This document shows, one piece after another, positions 23,214 to 33,135 of a stretch of 64,000 bases of DNA. Positions within the stretch are counted from its first letter, which is position 1. Each line of letters opens with the position of its first letter. Position numbers and translations under genes: made by a program. The notes under the pieces are model-generated. The model was not told the DNA's origin and did not search any database. It saw only the letters and a list, made by a program, of their open reading frames with translations. This DNA comes from an uncultured Planctomycetaceae bacterium (GTDB lineage: Bacteria > Planctomycetota > Planctomycetia > Isosphaerales > Isosphaeraceae), in contig CAWIAD010000002.1 of the NCBI GenBank assembly GCA_963833985.1, forward strand, positions 3,712,001-3,776,000, read 5' to 3'.

Positions 23214-26139
23214 TCAGAGCGTTTTGAGGTACTCGATCAGATCGTTGAGCTGGTCCTTGGTCATGTCGTTGGTGACGCCGTGCCGGTCGTCGGGGTTGTA
23301 CCGCGTCCAGATTTCCTCGAGAGTCTCGGCAATGCCGTTGTGGAGGTAGGGGGCCGAGTCGTAGATGTTGTTCAGGTGCGGCACGTCCACCCGGTCCTCG
23401 ACGTCCAGCGTCATGCGCGTGCCGACGTCGTGCTTTTCGCGGTCAGTATAAAGCGGTGGAAAATGGCACGAGGCGCACCGTTTCAGCTTGGGTATCGGCC
23501 GGCCGTCGGCCGTGACGGCCCGGTCGAAGAGCTGCTTGCCCCGGCGCTGGGCGGCTGTCAGCTCCACGCCCGGCGCGATGGCGGTTCGGCGGCCGGGCGA
23601 TGGTGCTGATGTAATGATCCACGGCCGCGAGCTCATCCGGAGTGAAGGGCTGGATGCGTGTGAAGTAGACCGACAGCCGTGGTCCGCACTGCCGTGACAG
23701 CGTGGGGTTGGTGCCAGCCCACTTGAAAGGGCCGGTGTCGAGAATGCCGCGCAGCGTGCGGTTGTCCACGGGGGCCAGCCCAATGCCGTCGGCCTCGATG
23801 TCGTAGGTCAATCCGTCCACGTGACCATCGGGGTGGCACGTATGGCAGGAGAGCTGGCGATGGAAGGAGATGCCGGCATTGTGGAAGAGCCGCTCGCCGC
23901 GCCGTGCCTCGGTGACGACCCGCGGACCGCCCAGGTGCACCGTACCGGCCGCTTTCCTGCCGGGGATGTCGATCACCGTCAACGCGTCGTCCAGGGCGCA
24001 GGCAACCCACGCCGTCTTGCCGTCGGGAGCAATCGCCAGGCCGCGCGGGTTGCGGCCCGTGGGGACCAGCGCCGTGACGAACCGCGTCGCCTGACCCAGA
24101 TGGTTGGGCAGCACGTCCCGGCGCTCGTCCTCGGTCGCGCCCTGGACCAGTCCGGTAAGCTGTGCGAGGTCGACGATGGCGACCTGGTCGGACCCGGCGC
24201 TGGTGACCAGGGCCAGGGCCCCATCGGGCGTGACGGCCACGTCGGTCGGATCCGGAAACGATTCTCCGGCCTGGTCCAGCAGCACCTGGTCCACCCGGCC
24301 GTCCTCCCAGACCAGGCCCAGGCCGCTGGTGACCGTCCAGCCCTGGAGCATCCGGGTCATCGGCACGAGGTTCTTGGTACGCAGCAGCGTGGCCAGCGCG
24401 AACCGGCCCGAGGGATGCCAGGCCACCCCCTGGAGCATGTTGGCATCGGGCACCACGAGCCGATCGTCGATCGTCGCGCGGCCGCTGTCGATGATGCTGA
24501 TCTCGGACTGCGACGACTCCCGAAACTTGACGAACCGCGACAGGGCGTTCGTGACCAGAATCCGGGCGCCGTCCGGCGAGATCGCCAGGGCCCAGGGGCT
24601 GCGGCTGGCGGAGAGGCGCTTCCGCTCCCGCAGCGAGGCGGCGTCGAACACCGAGATGTCGTCCGAGGAGGTGTTCAGCACGTAGATCGTCTTGCCGTCA
24701 CGGTCAGTGCACACCCCGTGCGGCTCATCGCCGACCGGCACGGTGGCGACCACGCGCGCCGCGGACGCGTCCACCACCGACAGGGTGTCATCCAGGCGGT
24801 TCGTGACGTAGGCCCTCTGGCCGTCGGGGCTGAACGCCAGGCCGGTCGGTTGACCCCCGACGACGATCTCCGCGCGCTTGCGGCGCTGCGCCGCGTCCAG
24901 GACGCAGACCGTCGCGGACGCCTCGCAGGCGACCCAGATCTCCTTGCCCCCCGGCCGGAACGCCACGTTGATGGGAGTCTTGTACACGACCCGCTCGGCC
25001 AGCGCCGGCGCTCCTGCCGGGTGGGCGATCAGCGGCATGGCCGCCTTGACATCGAACGGCTTGCCATGCGCCTGGCCATGGCAAGAGAGGCAGGCCGTTT
25101 CCCGGACCGCGACCATCCGCTCGGCGGCCACGGCCCCCTGCGTCCTGGCCGCCCGCTCGGTCGCGTGCGAGCTGCCAGGCCCATGGCACGACTCGCAGCC
25201 CACGCCTTCCAGGATCGAGTAGCTGTCGGCCGTTCCGGCCGCGGCCCGATGAAAGGCCGTGCTGTGGCATTTCAGGCAGGCCGCGCTGCGCTGGGGGTCG
25301 GCCGTGACGCCCGTCTGAACAGCCATCCGGGCGGCTTCCGGAGTGCCAAGCGAGGCGTAGGCACGAGCATGCGGCGTGATCTGCCAGCGGCTGAACGCAA
25401 AGCCCTTCTCGGCGGAATCATGGCACTCGGCACAGGCGCTCGAGCCGATGTAGCGGGCCTTTGCGTGGTTGTCGACCGGAGGGATCACGGCAGGCTCGCT
25501 GGTCTTTCGCTGCCCGTTCCCGGGTGTGGGATGAGCCAGTTCATGAAGCGCACGGGCAAGGTCAAACGGAACCGCCGGCGTCGCCGGGTGGGCCGCCGGC
25601 CGCGCCGGCGCCGCGGAGGCGCGGGCCAGCGACCTCGTGTGCGAGGGCTTCTCCTTGTGGCACTTCATGCAGTCGGCCCCGCTGGGGCTGGTCATGTGAA
25701 CCGGCGATTCGGCTCTCAGCGCGCCGCCAGCCGTCCAGGATTCGGCATGCTCGCTTCCCGGACCGTGGCATTTCTCGCACTGCACGCCGTTGCGGATGGA
25801 GAAGGTCTCGTCCTTTTCCCAGTTTTCGGCGTCGGCGGCCGTGGCATGGCAGCCGAGGCAGAGGGGCGACTTCTGCGGCTCGACGGGCACTCCGCTGATC
25901 GCGGCGATGGCATGCGCCTGCGGCGCGGCCAGGCTGGCGTACGCCCGCGCGTGCCGCGAGTGCTGCCAGATGGTCGTCTGGTGCCCCATCCCCGCGCCGT
26001 CGTGACAGGTCGCGCACACGCCGGCACCTACGTACACCGGACGCCGCGGCTGGGCCTGAGACGGCGAGCCCGCTAGGATCAGGATGGCGCCGAGCACCAG
26101 GCCGGAACGAGGCAACCGGGGTTCGCACGCCGCACTCAT
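23214..26139 (-). CDS. Decaheme protein: two c554-type tetraheme modules + YVTN beta-propeller + di-heme CCP/MauG-like domain (HzsB/HzsC-like); frameshift near 23575
   Basis: Signal peptide; CxxCH x10: CATCH, CLGCH, CEKCH, CMKCH, CAECH, CLKCH, CESCH, CLSCH, CHTCH, CASCH; AYVTNRLDDTLSVVD-type repeats; RGERLF, RGKQLF, VPHLNNIYDSAPYLHNG. Confidence 0.85.
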
Positions 26140-26155
26140 GGCTTGATCACTCCGT

Positions 26156-27901
26156 TCAGCGGGCAGGTTGAACGATGCGCAGGAACTGGTTCGCCGCCAC
26201 GTCCTTGAGCGCAGTGGTCGTGCCGTCCGGCCAGCGCACCTCGACCTTGTCGGCCCTGACCGCCTTCCCCAGGCCGAAGTGCAGCCGTGCGTCCCCCTGT
26301 GAGAGATAGCCGCGCACCGGAATCAGGTCGTCCACCTGCACGAGCGATCCCGCCGTGACGACGACGCGAGCGCCGATGGCGTCGGTCCTGCCGTTGGCAA
26401 GCCGGGCCGACACGGTGAGCCAGTGGCCCTGGGTATTGCCGCCGTCGTTGCGCAACAGACGCGGCGAGTCGTTGAGGTTCACGACCAGCAGGTCGACGTC
26501 GCCGTCGTTATCGAAATCTCCCCAGGTGGCGCCCCGGCCGACGAACTTCTGGGAAAAGTAGGGCCCGGACCTTCTGGCCACGTCGACGAAATGGCCCTTG
26601 CCGTCATTGTGGGCCATCACCGCCCCCTCGCCGTACTCGTGGTGGGCGTCGCCGTTGGCGATGAACAGGTCGAGGTCGCCGTCGTTGTCGAAGTCCTGAA
26701 GCACCGCGCCCCAGCCGGTGTACTGGCCACAGATGAGCGCCAGCCCGGAGGCGTTGGTCTGGTCCTCGAAGAACTCGCCGCGGTTCGTGTGCAGGCATCC
26801 GTAACCCATGTCGGGAATGTAGAGGTCAAGCCGGCCGTCGCGGTTGATATCGCCGAAGACCGGCCCCATCGAGGAGACGCCCTGGCCACCCTCGCCAAAC
26901 GCCAGCCCGTAAACCAGTGCGTCGCTGGCGAACTTGCCATGACCCAGGTTGCGGTAGAACGCGCTCTCCATTGCGTCGTTGGCCACGTAGACGTCGAGCC
27001 GGCCCGTGTTCAGAAAGTCGGCCGCGGTGGCGCTCATGGCGCGGCCGTCCTTGCTGAAGACGCCGGCATCGCGGCTCACCTCGCGGAACGTGCCGTCGCC
27101 ATTGTTGCGCATCAGGTGGTCCGGCTGGCCGGGATAGCTCAAGGGCCCGGGATAGCCGGCGGCCGCGTAGTAGTTGCGGAACTTGCCGCCATCATATTTC
27201 AGGTACGTCGCCACGAACACGTCGAGCCTGCCGTCGCCGTCGTGGTCGAACCAGACTCCCGAGACGCTCCAGCCGGGCAGGTCCAGGCCCGACTGCTTCG
27301 AGACGTCCGTGAAGGTGCCGTTGCCGTTGTTGTGGTAGAGCACGTTCGGCCCGTAGTTCAACACATAGAGGTCGACATGACCGTCACCGTCGTAGTCGGC
27401 CGCCGAGCAGGCCACGCCGTAGCTTTCGCCTCCGCCCACGCCGGCCCGGTCGGTCACGTCGGTGAACGTGCCGTCATGGTTGTTGCGGTACAGGCGGTTG
27501 CTCAACTTCCCCCGGAGCCGACGGCCCGTGTTGTCGTTCACGTCGCTGCGATAGCGCCCGGAGAGCAGATAAAGATCCAGCCAGCCGTCGCCGTCGTAGT
27601 CGAAGAACATCGCACCGGCGCCGGTGCCCTCGACGATGTTGCTCAGCTCGGCATCACCGAAGCTGTGCTTGAAATGGATCCCGGCCTGCTCGGTGACGTC
27701 GGTGAATACCGGAACCGGCGGATCGTCGGCCAGCGCCGGCCGTGATCCCAGGACCGCCATCAGAAAGAGCAAAGGCAGGAGCATCCGTCCGCCACAATGA
27801 GCGAATTGCCATCCATCCGCTGTGTGGCTGCGGTGAAACGTGGCGCAGGCCCACGCGCTGCGGACCCGGGATTGTTGCTTGGCGTTCATTGGCGTGCTCA
27901 T
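26156..27901 (-). CDS. CRTAC1-family FG-GAP/ASPIC-UnbV protein
   Basis: FTDVTEQAGI, FDYDGDGWLDLY, repeated NNGDGTFTDV, DAIGARVVV..GYLSQGDARLHFGLG..VEVRWPDG; alternative start near 27785. Confidence 0.88.
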   Translation of the reverse strand: MSTPMNAKQQSRVRSAWACATFHRSHTADGWQFAHCGGRMLLPLLFLMAVLGSRPALADDPPVPVFTDVTEQAGIHFKHSFGDAELSNIVEGTGAGAMFFDYDGDGWLDLYLLSGRYRSDVNDNTGRRLRGKLSNRLYRNNHDGTFTDVTDRAGVGGGESYGVACSAADYDGDGHVDLYVLNYGPNVLYHNNGNGTFTDVSKQSGLDLPGWSVSGVWFDHDGDGRLDVFVATYLKYDGGKFRNYYAAAGYPGPLSYPGQPDHLMRNNGDGTFREVSRDAGVFSKDGRAMSATAADFLNTGRLDVYVANDAMESAFYRNLGHGKFASDALVYGLAFGEGGQGVSSMGPVFGDINRDGRLDLYIPDMGYGCLHTNRGEFFEDQTNASGLALICGQYTGWGAVLQDFDNDGDLDLFIANGDAHHEYGEGAVMAHNDGKGHFVDVARRSGPYFSQKFVGRGATWGDFDNDGDVDLLVVNLNDSPRLLRNDGGNTQGHWLTVSARLANGRTDAIGARVVVTAGSLVQVDDLIPVRGYLSQGDARLHFGLGKAVRADKVEVRWPDGTTTALKDVAANQFLRIVQPAR

Positions 27902-29976
27902 GGCCCTCTGGCTGCCCTGGAGTCTTCGTACGGCCCGGCGGTCCGGCGTGCTCCGAGGTCGATCCAGCGCACGATGGTCCGCATTTCGGCGGCAGTAAGC
28001 GGCGCGCTCCTGCCCGCGGGGATCGGCCGGGCGGCCGTCGACCCGGCTGCACCGTCCCAGGGCCGGGACGTGTTCCGCCCCAGCAGATGCCAGACCAGAG
28101 GGCTGGTCCGCGCACGCCCGGGGTGGACGTACTTTCCCAGCCCGGAGGAGGGATCCGCGGCTGCATCGGGCGCGAGCAGGGCACGGTAGAGGTGATCAGG
28201 CGCGGCAGCCCGGTCCCCTTCCGCCGCGGCTGGAGGTGCCAGGTCAATCCCTGCCGCGGCCGAACCGCCCTGATGACAGGGCAGGCACCTGGTGCGAAGG
28301 ATGGGAACGACGTCGCGCGCAAAGTCCGTGAACCCCTCACCCTGGACGCCGATCGCCGTGGCCGCCGGCGCGTTCAGCGCGTCTGGTACCCGGTTGGGAG
28401 GAGTGCGCTCGGGGTCCTCGTGGCAGCCAATGCAGCCCTGTGCCTGGTGATTCCGCGCCCAGATCCAGCCGCAGCTCCGTACCGCGATGCCCTGCTCGTC
28501 GAGCAGTTGAAGCTGGATCGGCCGGCTTGCCGGTACGACCACCTGGAACGACCCGTCGCTCTGGATGGGCAGCTCGGTCAGGATCCGCCGCGCGGAGAGC
28601 TGGGGAAGCGGTCCCGATCCGTTTGTCGTGCAGGCGGCGCCGAGTCCGCTCGAGCCCTCAGGCGCCGGCAGTCCCTCAACCACGCGGAGAGTCTTCATCA
28701 TTCCGTGGGTTCGCCACATGCGGTCCGGCAGATCGCTCGTGAAGACGCTCATGCAGTAGAACCTGGCCAGCCGATCCGCGGGGTCGACCACGCTCGAGCG
28801 GCCATCGGGGCGCGGCCGGCTGAAGACGGCGCGGGGCTTGAGCTCGTGGAAGCGGGGATCATCGAGAATCAGCGCCCGCTGGCCGGTCGCCGGATCGAAG
28901 CGGTACAGGCCGAACGACGAGCCCGCGTCTCCGGAACGCCAGGCCACGACCAGCTGGCCGTCGGGAAACGCCGAGGGAGAGGAATACAGCCCGTCATGCG
29001 GCCCGGTGATCGTCCGGTACGTGTGCAGGGGACTGCGCAGCGACGCCCCCGCCAGCCGCCCCGCGCCGTCGCGGGCCGCAGGGTCAGCCTCGACCACGAC
29101 GAGGTTGCCGTCGGTGGTGATGCACGGCATCCGCCGCAGTCTCCCCGGGCTCCGCGGGACGAGGATGGCCCGATCCGATCCATCGGTGTTGACCGCCTCG
29201 AGGGCCAGCCGTCCGGCCACGCCGAGGTCGAGCGTCGCTCGATGCCACGACGCGTAAGCTATCCGCCCATCGGGCATGATCGCCGGGTCAAGGTCGCTCG
29301 AGAGATTGTAGGTGATGCGCTCTGGCAGCGAACCGCTGAGCTTGCAGGTGTACAGGCTGGTAACCGGGCCCCCGTCGCGCTCGTCGAGCTGGCCGCCTTG
29401 CGTCTTCACGAAGGCGATCTGCTCCCACGGCTCCGGCTGGCTGATCGTGAAGAAGCTCGACGTGTAAATGGGCGACTGGCAACGGCCGACATTGCGGGTG
29501 ACCTGCCGCTCCTTCAAGCTTTGCAGGTCCATCTCGTACACATCCCAGGCGTCTCCGGGCCGCTTCTGGCCCGCGAACAGGATCCGCCGTCCATCCGGGG
29601 AAACGTCCGCGTCGGTCGCGCTGTGGAACGACGGCGTGAGGACCCGCGTCGATCCGTCAGGGGCGAGCAAGACCAGCCGCGCGGGCGGATCCGGGCTGGA
29701 CACCGAGCCGGCGGACTGCGGCCAGTTCGGCTCTGGAGTCACCGGGACCTGCGTGAAGACCAGCGCGGGCCGGGCGGGCGAGTGGCGGCCGGCGGCCGCG
29801 GGGGGCTGAGCAGCGGCCCATTCAGTTCCGCAAAGCGCTGCCAGGCAAGCGAGGACCGCCCGGATGGAACGCCTGGCGCCGCGGGACCGGGCGCGGCACA
29901 CCGGGCCGACCTCCGGGAACGGCAGTGGCCGTGCCCCGGGGCCGGAGAACGCGTGGATGGCGGTAAGCTCCCTCAT
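27898..29976 (-). CDS. Hydrazine synthase alpha-subunit-like protein (TolB-type propeller + HZS-alpha middle domain + 2 c-hemes)
   Basis: DVSPDGRRILFAG, ERITYNLSSDLDPAIMPDGRIAYASW, AVNTDGSD, DGSFQVVVPASRPIQLQLLDEQGIAVRSCGWIWARNHQAQGCIGCHE, FARDVVPILRTRCLPCH, PGRARTSPL, WIDLGA. Start uncertain. Confidence 0.75.
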   Translation of the reverse strand: MRELTAIHAFSGPGARPLPFPEVGPVCRARSRGARRSIRAVLACLAALCGTEWAAAQPPAAAGRHSPARPALVFTQVPVTPEPNWPQSAGSVSSPDPPARLVLLAPDGSTRVLTPSFHSATDADVSPDGRRILFAGQKRPGDAWDVYEMDLQSLKERQVTRNVGRCQSPIYTSSFFTISQPEPWEQIAFVKTQGGQLDERDGGPVTSLYTCKLSGSLPERITYNLSSDLDPAIMPDGRIAYASWHRATLDLGVAGRLALEAVNTDGSDRAILVPRSPGRLRRMPCITTDGNLVVVEADPAARDGAGRLAGASLRSPLHTYRTITGPHDGLYSSPSAFPDGQLVVAWRSGDAGSSFGLYRFDPATGQRALILDDPRFHELKPRAVFSRPRPDGRSSVVDPADRLARFYCMSVFTSDLPDRMWRTHGMMKTLRVVEGLPAPEGSSGLGAACTTNGSGPLPQLSARRILTELPIQSDGSFQVVVPASRPIQLQLLDEQGIAVRSCGWIWARNHQAQGCIGCHEDPERTPPNRVPDALNAPAATAIGVQGEGFTDFARDVVPILRTRCLPCHQGGSAAAGIDLAPPAAAEGDRAAAPDHLYRALLAPDAAADPSSGLGKYVHPGRARTSPLVWHLLGRNTSRPWDGAAGSTAARPIPAGRSAPLTAAEMRTIVRWIDLGARRTAGPYEDSRAARGP

Positions 29977-30309
29977 GGACGTTGAAACCATTACAGGGAT
30001 CGGCGACGGCTTCCGCGGCGCCGGCGGTCTTGGTGGCTGGCAACCATCGGCGCAGCCCAAACCCGTACTAGCGAAGCTTCATTGCTGCCTGGCCCGAGCC
30101 GGACATGCGCGGGCGGGCTTCACCGGGTCCGCCCTCGGGCACGGTCCGGGAGGCGCGGCACGATCGATTGATCTCCGCGGCTTCAGTCGGCGCTGCGGAG
30201 ATCAGCAGGGATCGTCTCGCGATCGCTTTATCCTACGACGCAACCGTCGAGAAATCGAGGGCCCACCCACCGTGAAGCAGGCAGTTCCTCTCCCGTGCTA
30301 CGGGCCCTT

Positions 30310-33135
30310 TCACTTCGCCCCGTCCGGATGCTCCAGCGCGCGATGCTCCCAGGCCAGGGCCGTGGCGCTGGGGAACCCCGCGTAGATCCGGCCGTCGGGT
30401 CCGATGGCGAGGGCCGTGACCCGTTCGCCCGGGCTCGCAATCTTGCCCTCGAGCTGCCAGCTTGCGGTGTCGCGGAGCTCGATGGACCCTTCAGGGGCCG
30501 CAAGGACCGCGGTCCTGCCGTCGGCGGAAAACGCCAGCACCTCGGGCACACTCCATTTCGGCCGGGACGGCGTGTTCACCTCGTTGCCGGTAGCCAGGTC
30601 CCAGAGTTTCACGATTTCGTTCTCAGACAAGCCGGGGGGACGCGCGAAGCCGAGGGAACTCCCGTGCGAGACGACCGCCAGGCGCTTGCCATCCGGCGAC
30701 AGGCGAGCCCGAAAAACCTGTGATCCCGCCTCGCCGGCCGCCGGGAATGACCGCACGACCTGGCCGCTGGCCACGTCCCAGAGCCGGACGGCGGCGTTCA
30801 AGCCGAAATACTGGACCGTCACGAGTGACTTTCCGCCATCGATGAAGAAGACGGCGCCGGCGTCGCCTTCAAAGCCGGCGAACCGGTTGATGGGTGCACC
30901 GCTGGCCAGGTCGATCATGCGCAGCCTGCAACCCGCGAGGGTGGCGTTCGGCTGCGCGGGGTCCTTGTACTGGACCGTCTCGTCGGCCGCGGGCCAGACG
31001 AGATAGCGTCCATCCGGACTGAGGGCAAACCCGCGCTGCGCAGACACGTTCACACGGCGAAGGTGCTCGCCCGTGCGAGCGTTCCAGACGTGTGCGTCGC
31101 CGTCTTCGCCACGGGTAACGATGTGCTGGCCGTTGGGCGTCACGGCAATCTGGGCGACGGGGCTTTCGCCTCCCTCCGGAATCAGCACCTGGCCAGTGGC
31201 CGCATCCCAGCGATCGATCGTGCCGGCGACTGCTGCCACCAGCGTCCTGCCGTCCGCCGCGTAGCGGAGGCCGATCGCACCACGGTCGATCTTCAGGCGT
31301 TCCTGGCCGGTCGACGTGTCAAAGAGCCGAGACGTCGAGCTGCCCGAGGCCGCGAGCGTGCGGCCATCCGGTGAGAAGGCAAGCGATCGGACGCGCAGCG
31401 GGTCGGGAAAGTCGATGCTCAGCCGCTCCCGGCCGCTGGCGGTGTCGAAGAGCTTGATCGCCAGCGTGTCCCTCGCACGGTCGCCGCCGATGGCGATCGT
31501 CGCGCCGTCGGGCGCGTAGGCGACGCAGCGAATGCCGGCCTGGCCGTAGGGCAGCCGGCGCACCTCGCGGCCTGTATCCACCTCCCAGATGCGGGCGAAG
31601 TAGACATCGTTCTCGCTGTCGTACCCGCCGGCTACGAGTTCCTTTCCATCGGGCGAGAAGGCGGCCGCGAAGACGACGTTCGCGTGCCGGTACGTGCGTA
31701 CCACCTTGCCCTGGGCAAGGCTGATCAGGTCCAGGGCGGGGCCCTCGGCGGACGTCATCGCGAGCTGCGTTCCGTCGGGTGAAAAGACGAGGAGGTCGGT
31801 GATGATGGTGCTGCTGGGGTAGGGGTACACGACCTGAGCGGTCTGCTCGCCGCTCGTGGCGCTGTAGGCTGTCACGGTGTGTCGGAACGCGTCCCTGGCC
31901 GCGATCGTCTTGCCGTCTGGCGAGAGCGCGACGGCCTCGATGAGCACGCCAGGGTCAAAGGTCCGCAGCGCATCGCCCGTGGCAAGATCATAGAGGCGGA
32001 CCTCGGCGTGGACCCGCCCGCCACTACTGGCCACGGCGCGGGTCCCATCGCGAGAGACGGCCAGGCTATCGATGGTCGTCGGGTGTCGATACAGCGGCGA
32101 GCCGTACCGCAGTATGGCTCCCCCGGGAAGCTGATCCCCGGCCCTGGGTTTCCTGGCAGGCAAGACGGGCTCTTCCTTTCGTAAAACCGAAACGGAGTTC
32201 TCCGACAGTTGGCGTGGAGCGGCTCTCTCCTCGCTGCCGTCCACCCGTTGAGCCGGGTTGCCGCGACCCAGGCCGATGGCCCCGGCCGCCACGACGGTCA
32301 TTCCCATGAAGATGGCGGCCGCGACGCCGAGGCGGGGCAGCAGGCGTTGCCAGAGCAGGGTCGTGAGCACGCCCCGCGCCAGCCTGCCTATCGAGGCGGC
32401 AGCCAGGCGCGGATCCGCGCCGGCGCCGAGGACGACCGCCTGCTGAAGGGACGCGGGCATGGGTACAGCGAAACGCGGCACCGGAAGATCGCCCCTGAGT
32501 AGCAGGCTGGCTGATGGCGAAAAAATGGCGGGGTTGGTGCGCTCCAGCCGCCGGCGGAGCCGCGCGCGGGCGGTGGAGAGCCGGCTCTTGATCGTCCCGA
32601 CCGGACAGCGCAGGACCTGCGCAGCCTCCTCGTAAGTCCGGCCTTCCATGTGGCAAAGCACCAATGCCGCGCGAAACCGCTCGGGGAGCCGGCCAATCTC
32701 CTCGTGCAAGGCCCGCTCAACGTCGTCCGGAGACAGGCTGCCGCTCTCGGTACTGACCGCCCGCGAGGCGGCCCAACGCCTCTCGTGAGCCCGGCGCCGC
32801 GCCGAGGCGGCACGGGCTCTGCTCGCGACGCGGAGGGCCACTCCGTACAGCCAGCTTGCCAGGGAGTCGCGCTGGCGAATCGCTCCGGCGGATCGGGCCA
32901 GCACCAGGAAGGTTGCCTGAAACGCATCCTGGGCATCGTGATGTTCGCCCAGGATCGCGCGGCAGACCCCCAGAACCATGGGACCGTGCCGTTCCAGGAG
33001 CGCCGTGAAGGCCAGGTCATCACGCCGCGCAGCGTACCTCTCCAGCAGTTGACTGTCGCTCGCACCGGTGAGCGTGCCGGCTTCGAGCAGGAGTCGGACA
33101 TGGCTTGCGACCGCAATGTGTTCGGGATTGTCCAT
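30310..33135 (-). CDS. ECF sigma factor with TM helix and C-terminal WD40 repeats (planctomycete type)
   Basis: SDSQLLERY..AFTALLERHGPMVLGVCR..DAQDAFQATFLVLAR..WLYGVA; LPERFRAALVLCHMEGRTYEEAA..GTIKSRL; TM segment; many AFSPDG..WD repeats. Confidence 0.92.
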   Translation of the reverse strand: MDNPEHIAVASHVRLLLEAGTLTGASDSQLLERYAARRDDLAFTALLERHGPMVLGVCRAILGEHHDAQDAFQATFLVLARSAGAIRQRDSLASWLYGVALRVASRARAASARRRAHERRWAASRAVSTESGSLSPDDVERALHEEIGRLPERFRAALVLCHMEGRTYEEAAQVLRCPVGTIKSRLSTARARLRRRLERTNPAIFSPSASLLLRGDLPVPRFAVPMPASLQQAVVLGAGADPRLAAASIGRLARGVLTTLLWQRLLPRLGVAAAIFMGMTVVAAGAIGLGRGNPAQRVDGSEERAAPRQLSENSVSVLRKEEPVLPARKPRAGDQLPGGAILRYGSPLYRHPTTIDSLAVSRDGTRAVASSGGRVHAEVRLYDLATGDALRTFDPGVLIEAVALSPDGKTIAARDAFRHTVTAYSATSGEQTAQVVYPYPSSTIITDLLVFSPDGTQLAMTSAEGPALDLISLAQGKVVRTYRHANVVFAAAFSPDGKELVAGGYDSENDVYFARIWEVDTGREVRRLPYGQAGIRCVAYAPDGATIAIGGDRARDTLAIKLFDTASGRERLSIDFPDPLRVRSLAFSPDGRTLAASGSSTSRLFDTSTGQERLKIDRGAIGLRYAADGRTLVAAVAGTIDRWDAATGQVLIPEGGESPVAQIAVTPNGQHIVTRGEDGDAHVWNARTGEHLRRVNVSAQRGFALSPDGRYLVWPAADETVQYKDPAQPNATLAGCRLRMIDLASGAPINRFAGFEGDAGAVFFIDGGKSLVTVQYFGLNAAVRLWDVASGQVVRSFPAAGEAGSQVFRARLSPDGKRLAVVSHGSSLGFARPPGLSENEIVKLWDLATGNEVNTPSRPKWSVPEVLAFSADGRTAVLAAPEGSIELRDTASWQLEGKIASPGERVTALAIGPDGRIYAGFPSATALAWEHRALEHPDGAK

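Noticed and set aside
23214..29976. Calling these genes true hzsABC / anammox metabolism
   Set aside because: Only architecture-level similarity is visible; gene order and fusions differ, the Tyr after heme I is missing, no hao/hzo genes are in the window, and the context is a high-GC heterotroph.
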